A program made the translations under genes and the position numbers. From Haliea sp. (lineage in GTDB: Bacteria > Pseudomonadota > Gammaproteobacteria > Pseudomonadales > Halieaceae), in NCBI GenBank assembly GCA_031409615.1, contig JANNXP010000141.1:25-64024 (forward strand): 64,000 nucleotides of DNA. The letters are read 5' to 3'. A model generated the notes under the pieces. It saw only the letters and a program-made list of their open reading frames with translations. It was not told where the DNA came from and ran no database searches. How positions within the stretch are numbered: the stretch's first letter is position 1; each line of letters starts with the position of its first letter. Positions 46,933 to 56,206 of this stretch are shown here, in pieces.

Positions 46933-47793
46933 TCAGGTTTTGTCGCCGCCCATTCTGGATAGCGCACCAAATATCACTCCCAGCACCGCACCGCAAACCA
47001 GGCCACCGACATGGGCCGCGTTGGCAATAGCGCCAAAACCGAGTACCTCTACCATACCAGCCATGCACAACACCAACCAGCCCACCATAAACAACATGAT
47101 TGCTGACGAGGGTTGGATACGCCAGCTCGGTTGCAGCAGGGGAGCCACCCAGGAAAAACCCAGCAGACCATAGACCACCCCGGACATACCCCCAAACAGG
47201 CCCGTACCACCGAATGCGAACTGGCTGACGTTGGACACCACGGCAATGGCGAGAAACAGCATGAGCATATTGAAATGCCCCAGGATCCGCTCCATGCGCC
47301 CACCCAGATCCCATAGCCAGAGACTGTTGAATACAATATGCAACCAACCAAAATGCAGGAAGACCGGAGTTACCAAGCGCCAATATTGGCCATCGAAGCC
47401 CTGGAACACCAGTTGGTCGCCCTCCAGTCCAAAGGCGGTGAAGGTCAGCAAGCTGACCCAGGCCACTGGAGCCGATAGGTAGATGATAAGAAACCCGCAG
47501 ATGCTCAATAGAATCAGGCTAAGAGTAACAGGCGCCGCACGCCACTGCAGCGCAGCAGAGCCGAGGGCAGCAGGTCGCTCATTGCGAACGAGCTCTATCT
47601 GCACCTTGCCGGCGCGCCAAGCTTCGTAGAGCGATTTAACCTCGAGCACCTGTGACGCCTGATCCACCATGACGACCTGGCAACCGCGCTCCTCAAAGAT
47701 GCGATGCACGACACCACGCTGGTGCAGCAGCGCACTCAGCGGCAGTAGGTCCTCCTCAACAGCGACGCTGAGGGCCTGATGAGAGTCTGCCAT
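46933..47793 (-). CDS. glpG: Rhomboid intramembrane protease
   Basis: WRLVTP.FLH, FN, GMSG.VYG, AHVGG. Confidence 0.9.
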   Translation of the reverse strand: MADSHQALSVAVEEDLLPLSALLHQRGVVHRIFEERGCQVVMVDQASQVLEVKSLYEAWRAGKVQIELVRNERPAALGSAALQWRAAPVTLSLILLSICGFLIIYLSAPVAWVSLLTFTAFGLEGDQLVFQGFDGQYWRLVTPVFLHFGWLHIVFNSLWLWDLGGRMERILGHFNMLMLFLAIAVVSNVSQFAFGGTGLFGGMSGVVYGLLGFSWVAPLLQPSWRIQPSSAIMLFMVGWLVLCMAGMVEVLGFGAIANAAHVGGLVCGAVLGVIFGALSRMGGDKT

Positions 47794-48677
47794 CAGTTGA
47801 CCAGCGCATTGCTCCAGCGCAGCTTGTCCCTGCAACTGGCGTAGAAGCTGTGACCTCGTGGATGCAGTAACGTAAGGCGATGCGGATGCTTACAGATGTA
47901 CACCGAATCCCCGGGGCGCGCCTTCATCTTGACTTGCCCGTCACAGGTCACCGGAGGGTGGATACGATTGCGCGCCAATACATCCAGGCGAATCTCCGAG
48001 CCTCCCTCTACCACTATGGGTCGACTGCTGAGTGCATGGGGGAACATGGGCACCAGCACAATCGCGTCGAGCGTGGGGTGCATGATAGGTCCCCCTCCCG
48101 ACAGGGAATAAGCCGTAGAACCGGTCGGGGTTGACACGATCAAGCCGTCTGCGCGCTGGCGGTACACAAATGTATCATTGATATACAACTCGAACTCAAT
48201 CATCTGCGCGGAGGTTCCGGAGTTAACAACGACGTCATTGAGCGCGTCGCCGCGACCCAACACCTGGTTGTCGCGCCGCACTTCGACACACAGCAGAAAG
48301 CGGCTTTCCCGCTCGAATTGACCATCCAAAACTGCGGGAATCTGTTGGGCGATGTCATCCGGCATAATATCTGTGAGAAACCCAAGACGGCCGCGATTGA
48401 CCCCCAGCACCGGCGTATCATATTGCGCCAGGGTGCGAGCGGCGCTGAGCAGGCTGCCATCGCCCCCTACCACAATAACCAGATCAACCTCCTGCCCGAT
48501 CTCATCGAGCGTGGCGAGACGTTGCTGATGGTCAGGCAGCACATCACCGAGCTTGTCTTCCAGCACCACTTCAAGACCACGGGCCTCCAACAGCTCCAGC
48601 AATAGCCGCAATACGCCCGTCTGCCCCCGCTGTCGACTGCGCCCTGCCAATCCAATTTTCTTGAAAGATGACTGCAT
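47793..48677 (-). CDS. nadK: NAD+ kinase
   Basis: GGDG, NRGRLGFL, ND, TPTGSTAY. Confidence 0.95.
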   Translation of the reverse strand: MQSSFKKIGLAGRSRQRGQTGVLRLLLELLEARGLEVVLEDKLGDVLPDHQQRLATLDEIGQEVDLVIVVGGDGSLLSAARTLAQYDTPVLGVNRGRLGFLTDIMPDDIAQQIPAVLDGQFERESRFLLCVEVRRDNQVLGRGDALNDVVVNSGTSAQMIEFELYINDTFVYRQRADGLIVSTPTGSTAYSLSGGGPIMHPTLDAIVLVPMFPHALSSRPIVVEGGSEIRLDVLARNRIHPPVTCDGQVKMKARPGDSVYICKHPHRLTLLHPRGHSFYASCRDKLRWSNALVN

Positions 48678-48913
48678 TAGGCCTGCTTCCATGCCGTTAA
48701 TCACGGCTATTATAACCACGGAAGAAGAGTGTAGCGCAGTGCTCACCAATTATCCCTACCGGACCCCGAAGGCTCTGGCTTTTTTCCTGCAGCAAAACCC
48801 CACCACTGATCCGATCGCGCGCCATCGTTCAAAGTTGTGCCACATATACCAGTACCCTTGTCCATGGCCTCCACCTATACTTGATGGGGATAACCACTGC
48901 CGGATGAGTACAA

Positions 48914-49789
48914 ATGTCGAGCCGCCACGGTCCCCAATGGCCCTTCCGCTGGGATCTGCTCCTGCGCTACCGCTTTATCGAAACGCTCGCGCTGTGGGAG
49001 GGTCGCCTGACCACCCGCCACCTGTGTGACACGTTCGGCATTGGCCGGCAGCAAGCCAGCAAGGATATCAACAATTACATGCGCGATGTCGGCCCAGGCA
49101 ACCTGCAGTACGACAAGTTTCTCAAAGGCTACAAACCGACACCTGCCTTCGAGCCCCGGGTGACGCAAGGTCTTGCCGATGAGTACCTGCACCTGATGGC
49201 GCGCAACAATGAACTGATGAATGTGTTCGAGTCACTGTCACTGAATGTGGCCAATGTCGAGGTACTGTCGCTGCCGGTGCGAGATGTCAAACCGGAAGTG
49301 CTGCGCCCCATCATGCAAGCTGCCCGACAGCAAAAGCGGCTGGACGTGGACTATGTCTCCCTCAACCATCCCGACCGCGAGGGGCGCATCATCGTGCCTC
49401 ACACACTGGTGTATAGCGGCCTGCGCTGGCATGTGCGCGCCTGGTGTGAGAAGAACTGCGAGTACCGCGACTTTGTCCTGAGTCGTTTTCGGGGGATTCC
49501 GGAGATCATGGACGGGTCGGAGCACGGTGTCGATAACGATGCCCAGTGGAATACACTCGTCGTTGTTCGAATAGCGCCCGATCCACGGCTCACACTGGAA
49601 CAGCGCGAAGTGGTCGAAATGGACTACGGTATGGAGAATGGTGTGTTGGAAATTTCTACGCGCGCCAGACTGGTACCGTACGTGCTGCAACTGTTACACA
49701 TCGAGCCAAACGAACTGGCGGAAGACCCGACGAGGCAGCAGATTGTCGTAGAGAACCGCAGTGCACTGGCGCCATGGTTATTCGGGTGA
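48914..49789 (+). CDS. wHTH-WYL-WCX transcriptional regulator (CapW/BrxR-like)
   Basis: WEGRLT...FGIGRQQASKD; PH.LVYSGLRWHVRAWC...RDFVLSR. Confidence 0.88.
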   Translation: MSSRHGPQWPFRWDLLLRYRFIETLALWEGRLTTRHLCDTFGIGRQQASKDINNYMRDVGPGNLQYDKFLKGYKPTPAFEPRVTQGLADEYLHLMARNNELMNVFESLSLNVANVEVLSLPVRDVKPEVLRPIMQAARQQKRLDVDYVSLNHPDREGRIIVPHTLVYSGLRWHVRAWCEKNCEYRDFVLSRFRGIPEIMDGSEHGVDNDAQWNTLVVVRIAPDPRLTLEQREVVEMDYGMENGVLEISTRARLVPYVLQLLHIEPNELAEDPTRQQIVVENRSALAPWLFG

Positions 49790-49801
49790 GTGGATACGCG
49801 C

Positions 49802-50209
49802 ATGAGTGAAAACAACAAATTTGAGGCTGCCTATTCCGACCACCGGTTTCGGGACAAGTTGAAGCGCTATGCCAAATCTGCCGGTCGGGAAGTCGTGGAG
49901 AAAGCGTTACTGCTGTTTTACGCCGCGCAGGAAGAAAAAGCTCCCGCCTGGGCCAAGGCGACCATCGCCGCCGCTTTGGGCTACTTTATTGTCCCACTGG
50001 ATGCCATCACCGACCTGGCGCCCGCAATCGGCTATGCCGACGATCTGGGTGTTCTGGTGCTGGCAATTGCCGCTGTAAGCCGTTACATCAATGACAATGT
50101 GCGAGCCAAAACCGCCAAGCGAATGCGTGCCTGGTTTGGCGAGGAGGCACAGGATGTGGAATTTTCAGACGTTGAGCCGGATACGAAAAAAATCACCTCG
50201 CGCGACTAG
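49802..50209 (+). CDS. YkvA/DUF1232 membrane protein
   Basis: ALGYFIVPLDAITD...GYADD. Confidence 0.88.
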   Translation: MSENNKFEAAYSDHRFRDKLKRYAKSAGREVVEKALLLFYAAQEEKAPAWAKATIAAALGYFIVPLDAITDLAPAIGYADDLGVLVLAIAAVSRYINDNVRAKTAKRMRAWFGEEAQDVEFSDVEPDTKKITSRD

Positions 50210-50342
50210 GTCTTTGCTGCCTGGCGCTGCGACGAAGGACTATTTCATGGCCTTTATCCATCGAGCGTTCATCTATCGAGCCTATAGGAGCCTGAGCGAC
50301 AAAGTGGTTAACTAAGCGCTGAACTTTCTGAGGTAGCAACGC

Positions 50343-51569
50343 ATGGCCGCCGCACTAGACCGACGCAGATTCCTGCAACTGGCAGCTCTGGCCACCGCTG
50401 GCGCCCACCTGTCATCCTGCAATAGCGACGAACCTGACACTCGTTACACCAGCACGGATATCACCGCGCTGGCGCAGCAACGGCTTGCAGAGGGAGCTCA
50501 CTCCGGACAGGGCCCGTTTGGGCCACTGCAATTCAAAGGTTATCGCGGTCTGGCTGAATTGCCCTGGTTTGAACTTGATCGAAATGGGGAACTTTATCTG
50601 GTCGCCCTTGATCTACCCAAAGCGATCGATATGCACTGCCACTTGGGTATGTCGCTGTTACTGGCGCCCAACATTGATTTACAGCAACGCACCGGACGCG
50701 TCATGCATCTGCTGGATTGCGATGCGACCAATCCGGGCTGCGAGTTGGATCTTGACGTCTATATCAACCGCAACTTCAGTGATGAGGCGCTCGATGCGTT
50801 GTGGTGGGGGTCGGCGGCCTCGGGATTATGGGGCAGCAAGAGCGCAAGAACCCAGACTATTCCTAACCTGTTACACGAGATGGATGCCTGCGGCGTAGAG
50901 CGCGCCAGCATTATGCCGATTGCCTTCGACCTGCCTTTTGGCGACGACCTGACCGAGCGCTGGATACGCGCGATAGACACAGCAGGTGCCAGAGATCGAC
51001 TGCTACCCGGCTGCTCGGTGCACCCGCAGGACCCCGCAAGATTTACCCGGTTGCGCGGCTATGCAGCTGCCGGCGCGCGCATCATCAAGTTTCATCCCAC
51101 CATGCAGCGCGCCTATCCTGATTCCGATGCGATGATGGAACTGTATGCCGAGTGCGAGCGGCTGGGGTTGATCGTCTTCTTCCATTGCGGCCGCGCCGGT
51201 ATCGAGCCGGAGTCGACCCACCGCTATGCCCTGCCTCGTCACTATGAGGCGGCACTCAAGACCTACCCCAAATTGCAATTTATCCTCGGTCACTCTGGAG
51301 CGCGCGACGTGGCTGAAGCCGTGCCGCTGGCACAGCGCTACGACAATGTGTGGCTGGACACCCACGGCCAGGGTGTCAGCACCTTGCACGACATGCTCGA
51401 ACGCACCGGTGGCGAACGGATGCTATTTGGCTCCGATTGGCCCTTCTACCACCTTGCGGCTAGCCTGGCCAAGCTGTTGATCGTTACCGAGGGACGACCG
51501 GACGTGCGCTATGCAATGCTGCGCGGCAATGCGCAGCGAGTACTTGCGTCTTCAATAGCGCCCGGATGA
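50343..51569 (+). CDS. Amidohydrolase-2 family enzyme with Tat/lipoprotein signal
   Basis: RRRFLQ...LSSC; DMHCH, KFHP, FHCG, GHSG, FGSDWP. Confidence 0.8.
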   Translation: MAAALDRRRFLQLAALATAGAHLSSCNSDEPDTRYTSTDITALAQQRLAEGAHSGQGPFGPLQFKGYRGLAELPWFELDRNGELYLVALDLPKAIDMHCHLGMSLLLAPNIDLQQRTGRVMHLLDCDATNPGCELDLDVYINRNFSDEALDALWWGSAASGLWGSKSARTQTIPNLLHEMDACGVERASIMPIAFDLPFGDDLTERWIRAIDTAGARDRLLPGCSVHPQDPARFTRLRGYAAAGARIIKFHPTMQRAYPDSDAMMELYAECERLGLIVFFHCGRAGIEPESTHRYALPRHYEAALKTYPKLQFILGHSGARDVAEAVPLAQRYDNVWLDTHGQGVSTLHDMLERTGGERMLFGSDWPFYHLAASLAKLLIVTEGRPDVRYAMLRGNAQRVLASSIAPG

Positions 51570-51580
51570 TCCTGAATTTG

Positions 51581-51790
51581 TTATCTAAGCGCAAATAGCG
51601 TGGCGCCAGCGAGTACCGCCCACAGCAGTTCCTCCAGATAACTACCCACGATAAACAGACCAGCCGTAACCGCCAGAATGGCGATCAAGCGGTCTGCCCA
51701 TAGGTTCGCGTCCTGCGCTTCGCCGACCATCCCTCTGCGCTGCAGAATCTGCTGGGTAATGCAATATTCAATATGCTTTGACGCTGTCAT
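51581..51790 (-). CDS. Small hypothetical membrane protein
   Basis: Two hydrophobic segments; weak support. Confidence 0.35.
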   Translation of the reverse strand: MTASKHIEYCITQQILQRRGMVGEAQDANLWADRLIAILAVTAGLFIVGSYLEELLWAVLAGATLFALR

Positions 51791-52196
51791 GGTGCCACTC
51801 CCTGTCGAATCCGAAGATCATGGCTGCATCATCATTGCCCAGCGACTAACACACCATCTGTCCACTTTCCAAACTGTTCGGAAACACTACAGGTGCAAAA
51901 CGGAACCATGACTACAGTAAAACGAATCCCGGCGGCCACTCTTTCCGGTAGGTTACAATCATGGCAAGGAGCGTCGAAACTGTCCGGCTGCTGGCCGCGA
52001 TAAACAACGTCGCGGTAAAACCAGTGTGATCACATTGGTCGATGCGTTAGTAATGGGTTTCTGGGAAGAGTTGGTGATGTTGCGGCCCTGTATGCTGCCT
52101 ATGTCGGCGCCGCGGGCTCTACTCCTGTGGCAACGCACAAGGGCGAGGTAAAGACAGCCACCAGTAGCATGCCCCTAACTATCGATGACCAGCAGC

Positions 52197-53102
52197 CTAA
52201 CCATGACCAGCAGCGGCAAACGTATTGCAGGCATCGACATTTCCCGATTCAAATCCAGCCTTGAACCACTTGACCCGCTGCGCCGAGGTTCCGTGCGTAA
52301 AACTGTCCGGGACTATCTGGCGCCCCGCTTCACTTTGTAAACGATCATCACCAATCGCCGTCGCCGCCTGCAACGCCTCCTCGAGGTCGCCCGGATCCAA
52401 CAGCTGGCGCTCCTTATTGGCGGCGTGACCCCATACACCAGCAAAACAGTCGGCCTGCAATTCCTGCAGTACGGACATAGCATTCACCTTGGCCTCGCTC
52501 GCTCCCTCGCGGGCAGCGGCCACCTGTTCGCTGATACCCAACAGTGTTTGCACGTGGTGCCCCACTTCATGGGCGATCACGTAAGCCTGGGCAAAGTCGC
52601 CGGGGGCGCCGTGCCGCGCCTTTAGATCCTGAAAAAATGACAGGTCAATATAGAGCTTTTGGTCGCTAGGGCAATAAAAAGGTCCCGCTGCAGCACTGGC
52701 ATTGCCACAGGCGGAATTCACACTGCCCGTAAACAACACCAGCGTGGGCTCACGGTAGTCGCGACCCAGCTGGCTAAAAATTGGGGTCCAGGTGTCTTCA
52801 GTGTCGCCCAGCACCACCGACACGAAATCGGCCATCTGCTGGTCGGCCTCACTGAGTGGCGCCGCAGACTGGCCGGAAGTGACTCCACCGCCTGCAAACA
52901 GCGACAGCACATCGAACCCCAGCATGCGCCCACCGAATATCACCACGATACCGGTGATGAGAATAATACGCCCCACCTTGGTACGGATCAGGTTGGGTAC
53001 CAGCCGCAGTATCACCGGCAGCGCCGCTGCGGCTCCCACAACAGGGCCCATCCCGCGCCGGTCCTCTACGTTATCGCTACGTCTTCCACCTTGCCAGCGC
53101 AT
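52197..53102 (-). CDS. ypfJ: Neutral zinc metallopeptidase YpfJ-like
   Basis: FYCP.D, HEVGHHVQ, ELQADC, HGTS.QR. Confidence 0.92.
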   Translation of the reverse strand: MRWQGGRRSDNVEDRRGMGPVVGAAAALPVILRLVPNLIRTKVGRIILITGIVVIFGGRMLGFDVLSLFAGGGVTSGQSAAPLSEADQQMADFVSVVLGDTEDTWTPIFSQLGRDYREPTLVLFTGSVNSACGNASAAAGPFYCPSDQKLYIDLSFFQDLKARHGAPGDFAQAYVIAHEVGHHVQTLLGISEQVAAAREGASEAKVNAMSVLQELQADCFAGVWGHAANKERQLLDPGDLEEALQAATAIGDDRLQSEAGRQIVPDSFTHGTSAQRVKWFKAGFESGNVDACNTFAAAGHG

Positions 53103-53189
53103 GATATATTCCTGTCGATACCCAGTAGGGCCTTGATTATACTATGCACTATCACGTTCAGCAGTATGCAAATCAAGGACAATCGCAGC

Positions 53190-54653
53190 ATGACCGACGG
53201 CATTCTCATAGGCGGCTCTCCAGCCGGCCAAGTCTTCCTCAATCCGCGCTACGCCAACCGCCACGGACTCGTGGCAGGCGCCACCGGCACTGGCAAAACG
53301 ATTACCCTGCAGTGCCTGGCCGAGGGCTTCTCCGATCTGGGAGTGCCAGTCTTCCTCGCGGATGTCAAAGGTGACCTGTCCGGATTGTGCCAACCCGGCA
53401 CGCCGCACCCCAAGGTGGATCAAAGGGTGCAAGCAATAGGGATTAAGGACTACAGTCAGAAGGCCTATCCAGTCGCCTTCTGGGATCTATTCGGCCAAAA
53501 GGGCACACCGGTTCGCTCGACAATATCGGAGATGGGGCCACAATTAATCTCGCGGCTACTCGATCTCAATGAAACCCAGGAAAGCGTGATTACCTTGGTT
53601 TTTGAGTTCGCGGACACCGAGGGCATGTTGCTGGTGGACCTGAAGGACCTGCGTACCACTCTGGAATACCTCGGCGACAACAGCAAGGAGCTGGGTACGG
53701 GGTTTGGCGTGTCCAAGGCTTCGGTTAACGCCATCCTGCGTCGCCTGCTCATGCTCGAACGCGAAGGGGGCGACCAGTTCTTTGGGGAACCCGCGCTGCA
53801 ATTGCATGATTTTATGCGCACCAGCGTCGACGGCCGCGGCATGATCAATATACTGGCAGCCGACACACTCATCAACAGTCCCCGGGTTTACGCCACCTTC
53901 CTGCTATGGCTGCTATCGGAGTTGTTTGAACAACTGCCAGAGCTGGGCGATCCGGAACTGCCCGTGCTGGTGTTTTTCTTCGACGAGGCGCACCTGCTAT
54001 TTCGGGATGCTCCCAAGGCGCTATTGGAGAAAATTGAACAGGTGGTACGTCTGATACGGTCGAAGGGCGTTGGCATTTATTTCATCTCCCAAAGCCCCGG
54101 CGATATTCCAGACACAGTGCTGGCCCAGTTGGGCAATCGCGTACAACACGCGTTACGCGCTTACACTCCCAACGAACAAAAGGTTGTCAAAGTCGCGGCG
54201 CAGTCATTCCGGGTGAACCCCGAGCTCGATACCGTCACTGCCATCACCGAACTGGGCGTGGGCGAAGCGCTGATCTCCATGCTGCAGGACCAAGGCATAC
54301 CGGCGCCGGTGCAGCGCGTCATGGTGTGCCCACCACGGTCACGGATGGGCGCAGCCACCATGGCCGAGCGTCAAGCCGTCCTGGACAAAGACAGCAACCA
54401 ACAGCGCTATGCCACACCGGTCGATCCTCAATCTGCCCACGAGGTACTGCTGCAGCGCACCGCCGCCAGGCAGAAACAGGCGCACGATAAAGACATAGCT
54501 GAACACACTGCCAAGTCGGAGAACACGCCAAAACCCCGTGCGAGCAATCGTGAAAGTGCCGGTGAGGCGTTTCTTAAAAGTGTCGCTCGCGCTGCCGGCA
54601 GTAGCCTGGGACGTAAACTGTTTCGTGGCGTACTGGGATCGCTGCTGAAGTAG
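53190..54653 (+). CDS. HerA-like ATPase DUF853 (YjgR)
   Basis: NRHGLVAGATGTGKT, FFDEAH, RSKGVG. Confidence 0.9.
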   Translation: MTDGILIGGSPAGQVFLNPRYANRHGLVAGATGTGKTITLQCLAEGFSDLGVPVFLADVKGDLSGLCQPGTPHPKVDQRVQAIGIKDYSQKAYPVAFWDLFGQKGTPVRSTISEMGPQLISRLLDLNETQESVITLVFEFADTEGMLLVDLKDLRTTLEYLGDNSKELGTGFGVSKASVNAILRRLLMLEREGGDQFFGEPALQLHDFMRTSVDGRGMINILAADTLINSPRVYATFLLWLLSELFEQLPELGDPELPVLVFFFDEAHLLFRDAPKALLEKIEQVVRLIRSKGVGIYFISQSPGDIPDTVLAQLGNRVQHALRAYTPNEQKVVKVAAQSFRVNPELDTVTAITELGVGEALISMLQDQGIPAPVQRVMVCPPRSRMGAATMAERQAVLDKDSNQQRYATPVDPQSAHEVLLQRTAARQKQAHDKDIAEHTAKSENTPKPRASNRESAGEAFLKSVARAAGSSLGRKLFRGVLGSLLK

Positions 54654-54671
54654 AGGCAAAAAAGTGGAGCG

Positions 54672-55613
54672 TCAGCCGCCTCGCAGGCGTTGCCACAACA
54701 CCACAATCGTCAAAACAACGGCGCCTGCAACCATTCCTATCACGATAGCAGCGAGCGTTGGGGTCAGTGCTGCCAGCACCGGACCGATCGCGGCGACCTC
54801 CCCCAACTGTGCTGCCAGCGACCTGATTACTTCGTCCAACACATGGAAACCATGCACCAGAATTCCGCCACCAACCATAAACATAGCGATGGTCCCCACC
54901 ACCGCCAGGAATTTCATCAGCCATGGTGCAAATAAGACCAAACGCACGCCACACCAGCGCAGTGCCTTTGGCCATACACCCGGCCCCTTCTGCTGCATCA
55001 AATACAATCCGGCATCGTCCAGCTTTACAATGACCGCGACCAACCCATAGACACCCACGGTCATAATGAGGCTGATGCCTGACAGTACCAGCACCTTACC
55101 CAAAAAATCCATTGCAGCGACGATGCCCAGCGTGAGCACAATAATTTCCGCCGACAGTATAAAATCGGTGCGCACAGCACCCTTGATCTTCTGTTGCTCA
55201 TATTGCACCAGATCAACCGCGGGATCTGCCAGATGCTCGACCAGCTCTGCGTGGTGAGCGGCCTCCTCGGCAGCGGTGTGCAGGAATGTGTGTGCGACCT
55301 TTTCAAAGCCTTCGTAACACAGGAACAAGCCGCCGAGAATGAGTAAAGGAGTGATGAGCCAGGGTGCTACAACAGAGATCGCCAAGGCCGCAGGCACCAG
55401 AATACATTTGTTACGAAAGGAACCTTTTGCGACGGCCCAGACTACGGGAAGTTCTCGCTCAGCCCGCACACCACTCGCTTTTTCGGCATTGACCGCCAGA
55501 TCATCGCCAAGCACACCGGCGGTTTTTTTTGCCGCGACCTTCGTCATCAATGCGACATCATCCAGCACTGCAGCGATATCATCCAACAGTAGAAGTAAAC
55601 TGCCGCCCGCCAT
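54672..55613 (-). CDS. DUF808 (YedI) membrane protein
   Basis: LLDDIAAVLDDV...GDDLAVNA. Confidence 0.92.
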   Translation of the reverse strand: MAGGSLLLLLDDIAAVLDDVALMTKVAAKKTAGVLGDDLAVNAEKASGVRAERELPVVWAVAKGSFRNKCILVPAALAISVVAPWLITPLLILGGLFLCYEGFEKVAHTFLHTAAEEAAHHAELVEHLADPAVDLVQYEQQKIKGAVRTDFILSAEIIVLTLGIVAAMDFLGKVLVLSGISLIMTVGVYGLVAVIVKLDDAGLYLMQQKGPGVWPKALRWCGVRLVLFAPWLMKFLAVVGTIAMFMVGGGILVHGFHVLDEVIRSLAAQLGEVAAIGPVLAALTPTLAAIVIGMVAGAVVLTIVVLWQRLRGG

Positions 55614-55731
55614 TAAGAAATACTCCCGCCAGAGCAGTCACCTAAACCGGCATACTGCAGGGTATAAGTTGAAACCGTATTGCGTTGCGGCGGGAACAGC
55701 TTATGGATATGTGACCGACCGCGAAAACGTT

Positions 55732-56100
55732 CTAGCCAAAGTGACAAAAGCAAATCTTATTGCCATCGGCATCGCGAAAGTAACCGCCGTAAAACCCGTC
55801 CATGCGCTGTCCGGGTGCACCCTCATCGGTGCCGCCAAGCGTCAGGGCCTTGGCATGGAGTTTGTCCACTAATTCCTTCGATCCGGGTGTAATGGCAACC
55901 ATATTGCCATTTCCAGGACTGGGAGCCTCGCCATTATGCGGCGTGCACACTGCGAGCATGGCCCCACCTGAGGGGGAGCCGAGCGCCGCAAGTCGTCCAA
56001 TATCCATGAACACTGTCACCCCCATATCCTGAAGCAGGTCCAGATAGAAGGCCTTAGCCTTTGCTATATCGGCGGTACCAATAGTGGTGTATGCAATCAT
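55732..56100 (-). CDS. VOC/glyoxalase family protein
   Basis: TIGT.D...FY; GNGNMVA; YFRDADGNK. Confidence 0.88.
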   Translation of the reverse strand: MIAYTTIGTADIAKAKAFYLDLLQDMGVTVFMDIGRLAALGSPSGGAMLAVCTPHNGEAPSPGNGNMVAITPGSKELVDKLHAKALTLGGTDEGAPGQRMDGFYGGYFRDADGNKICFCHFG

Positions 56101-56206
56101 GTCTTTTCTCCATACGAATTGAGTTTTCGATGCCAGGAAGTGCGGTTAGCTGAAAGGCAACCGAGCTCGGAAGTGTACACTCCTCATTACTCTGAGCAAG
56201 AGCCCT

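Noticed and set aside
52659-53189. N-terminal extension of the DUF853 ORF
   Set aside because: Overlaps ypfJ antisense; family similarity begins at ATG 53190.
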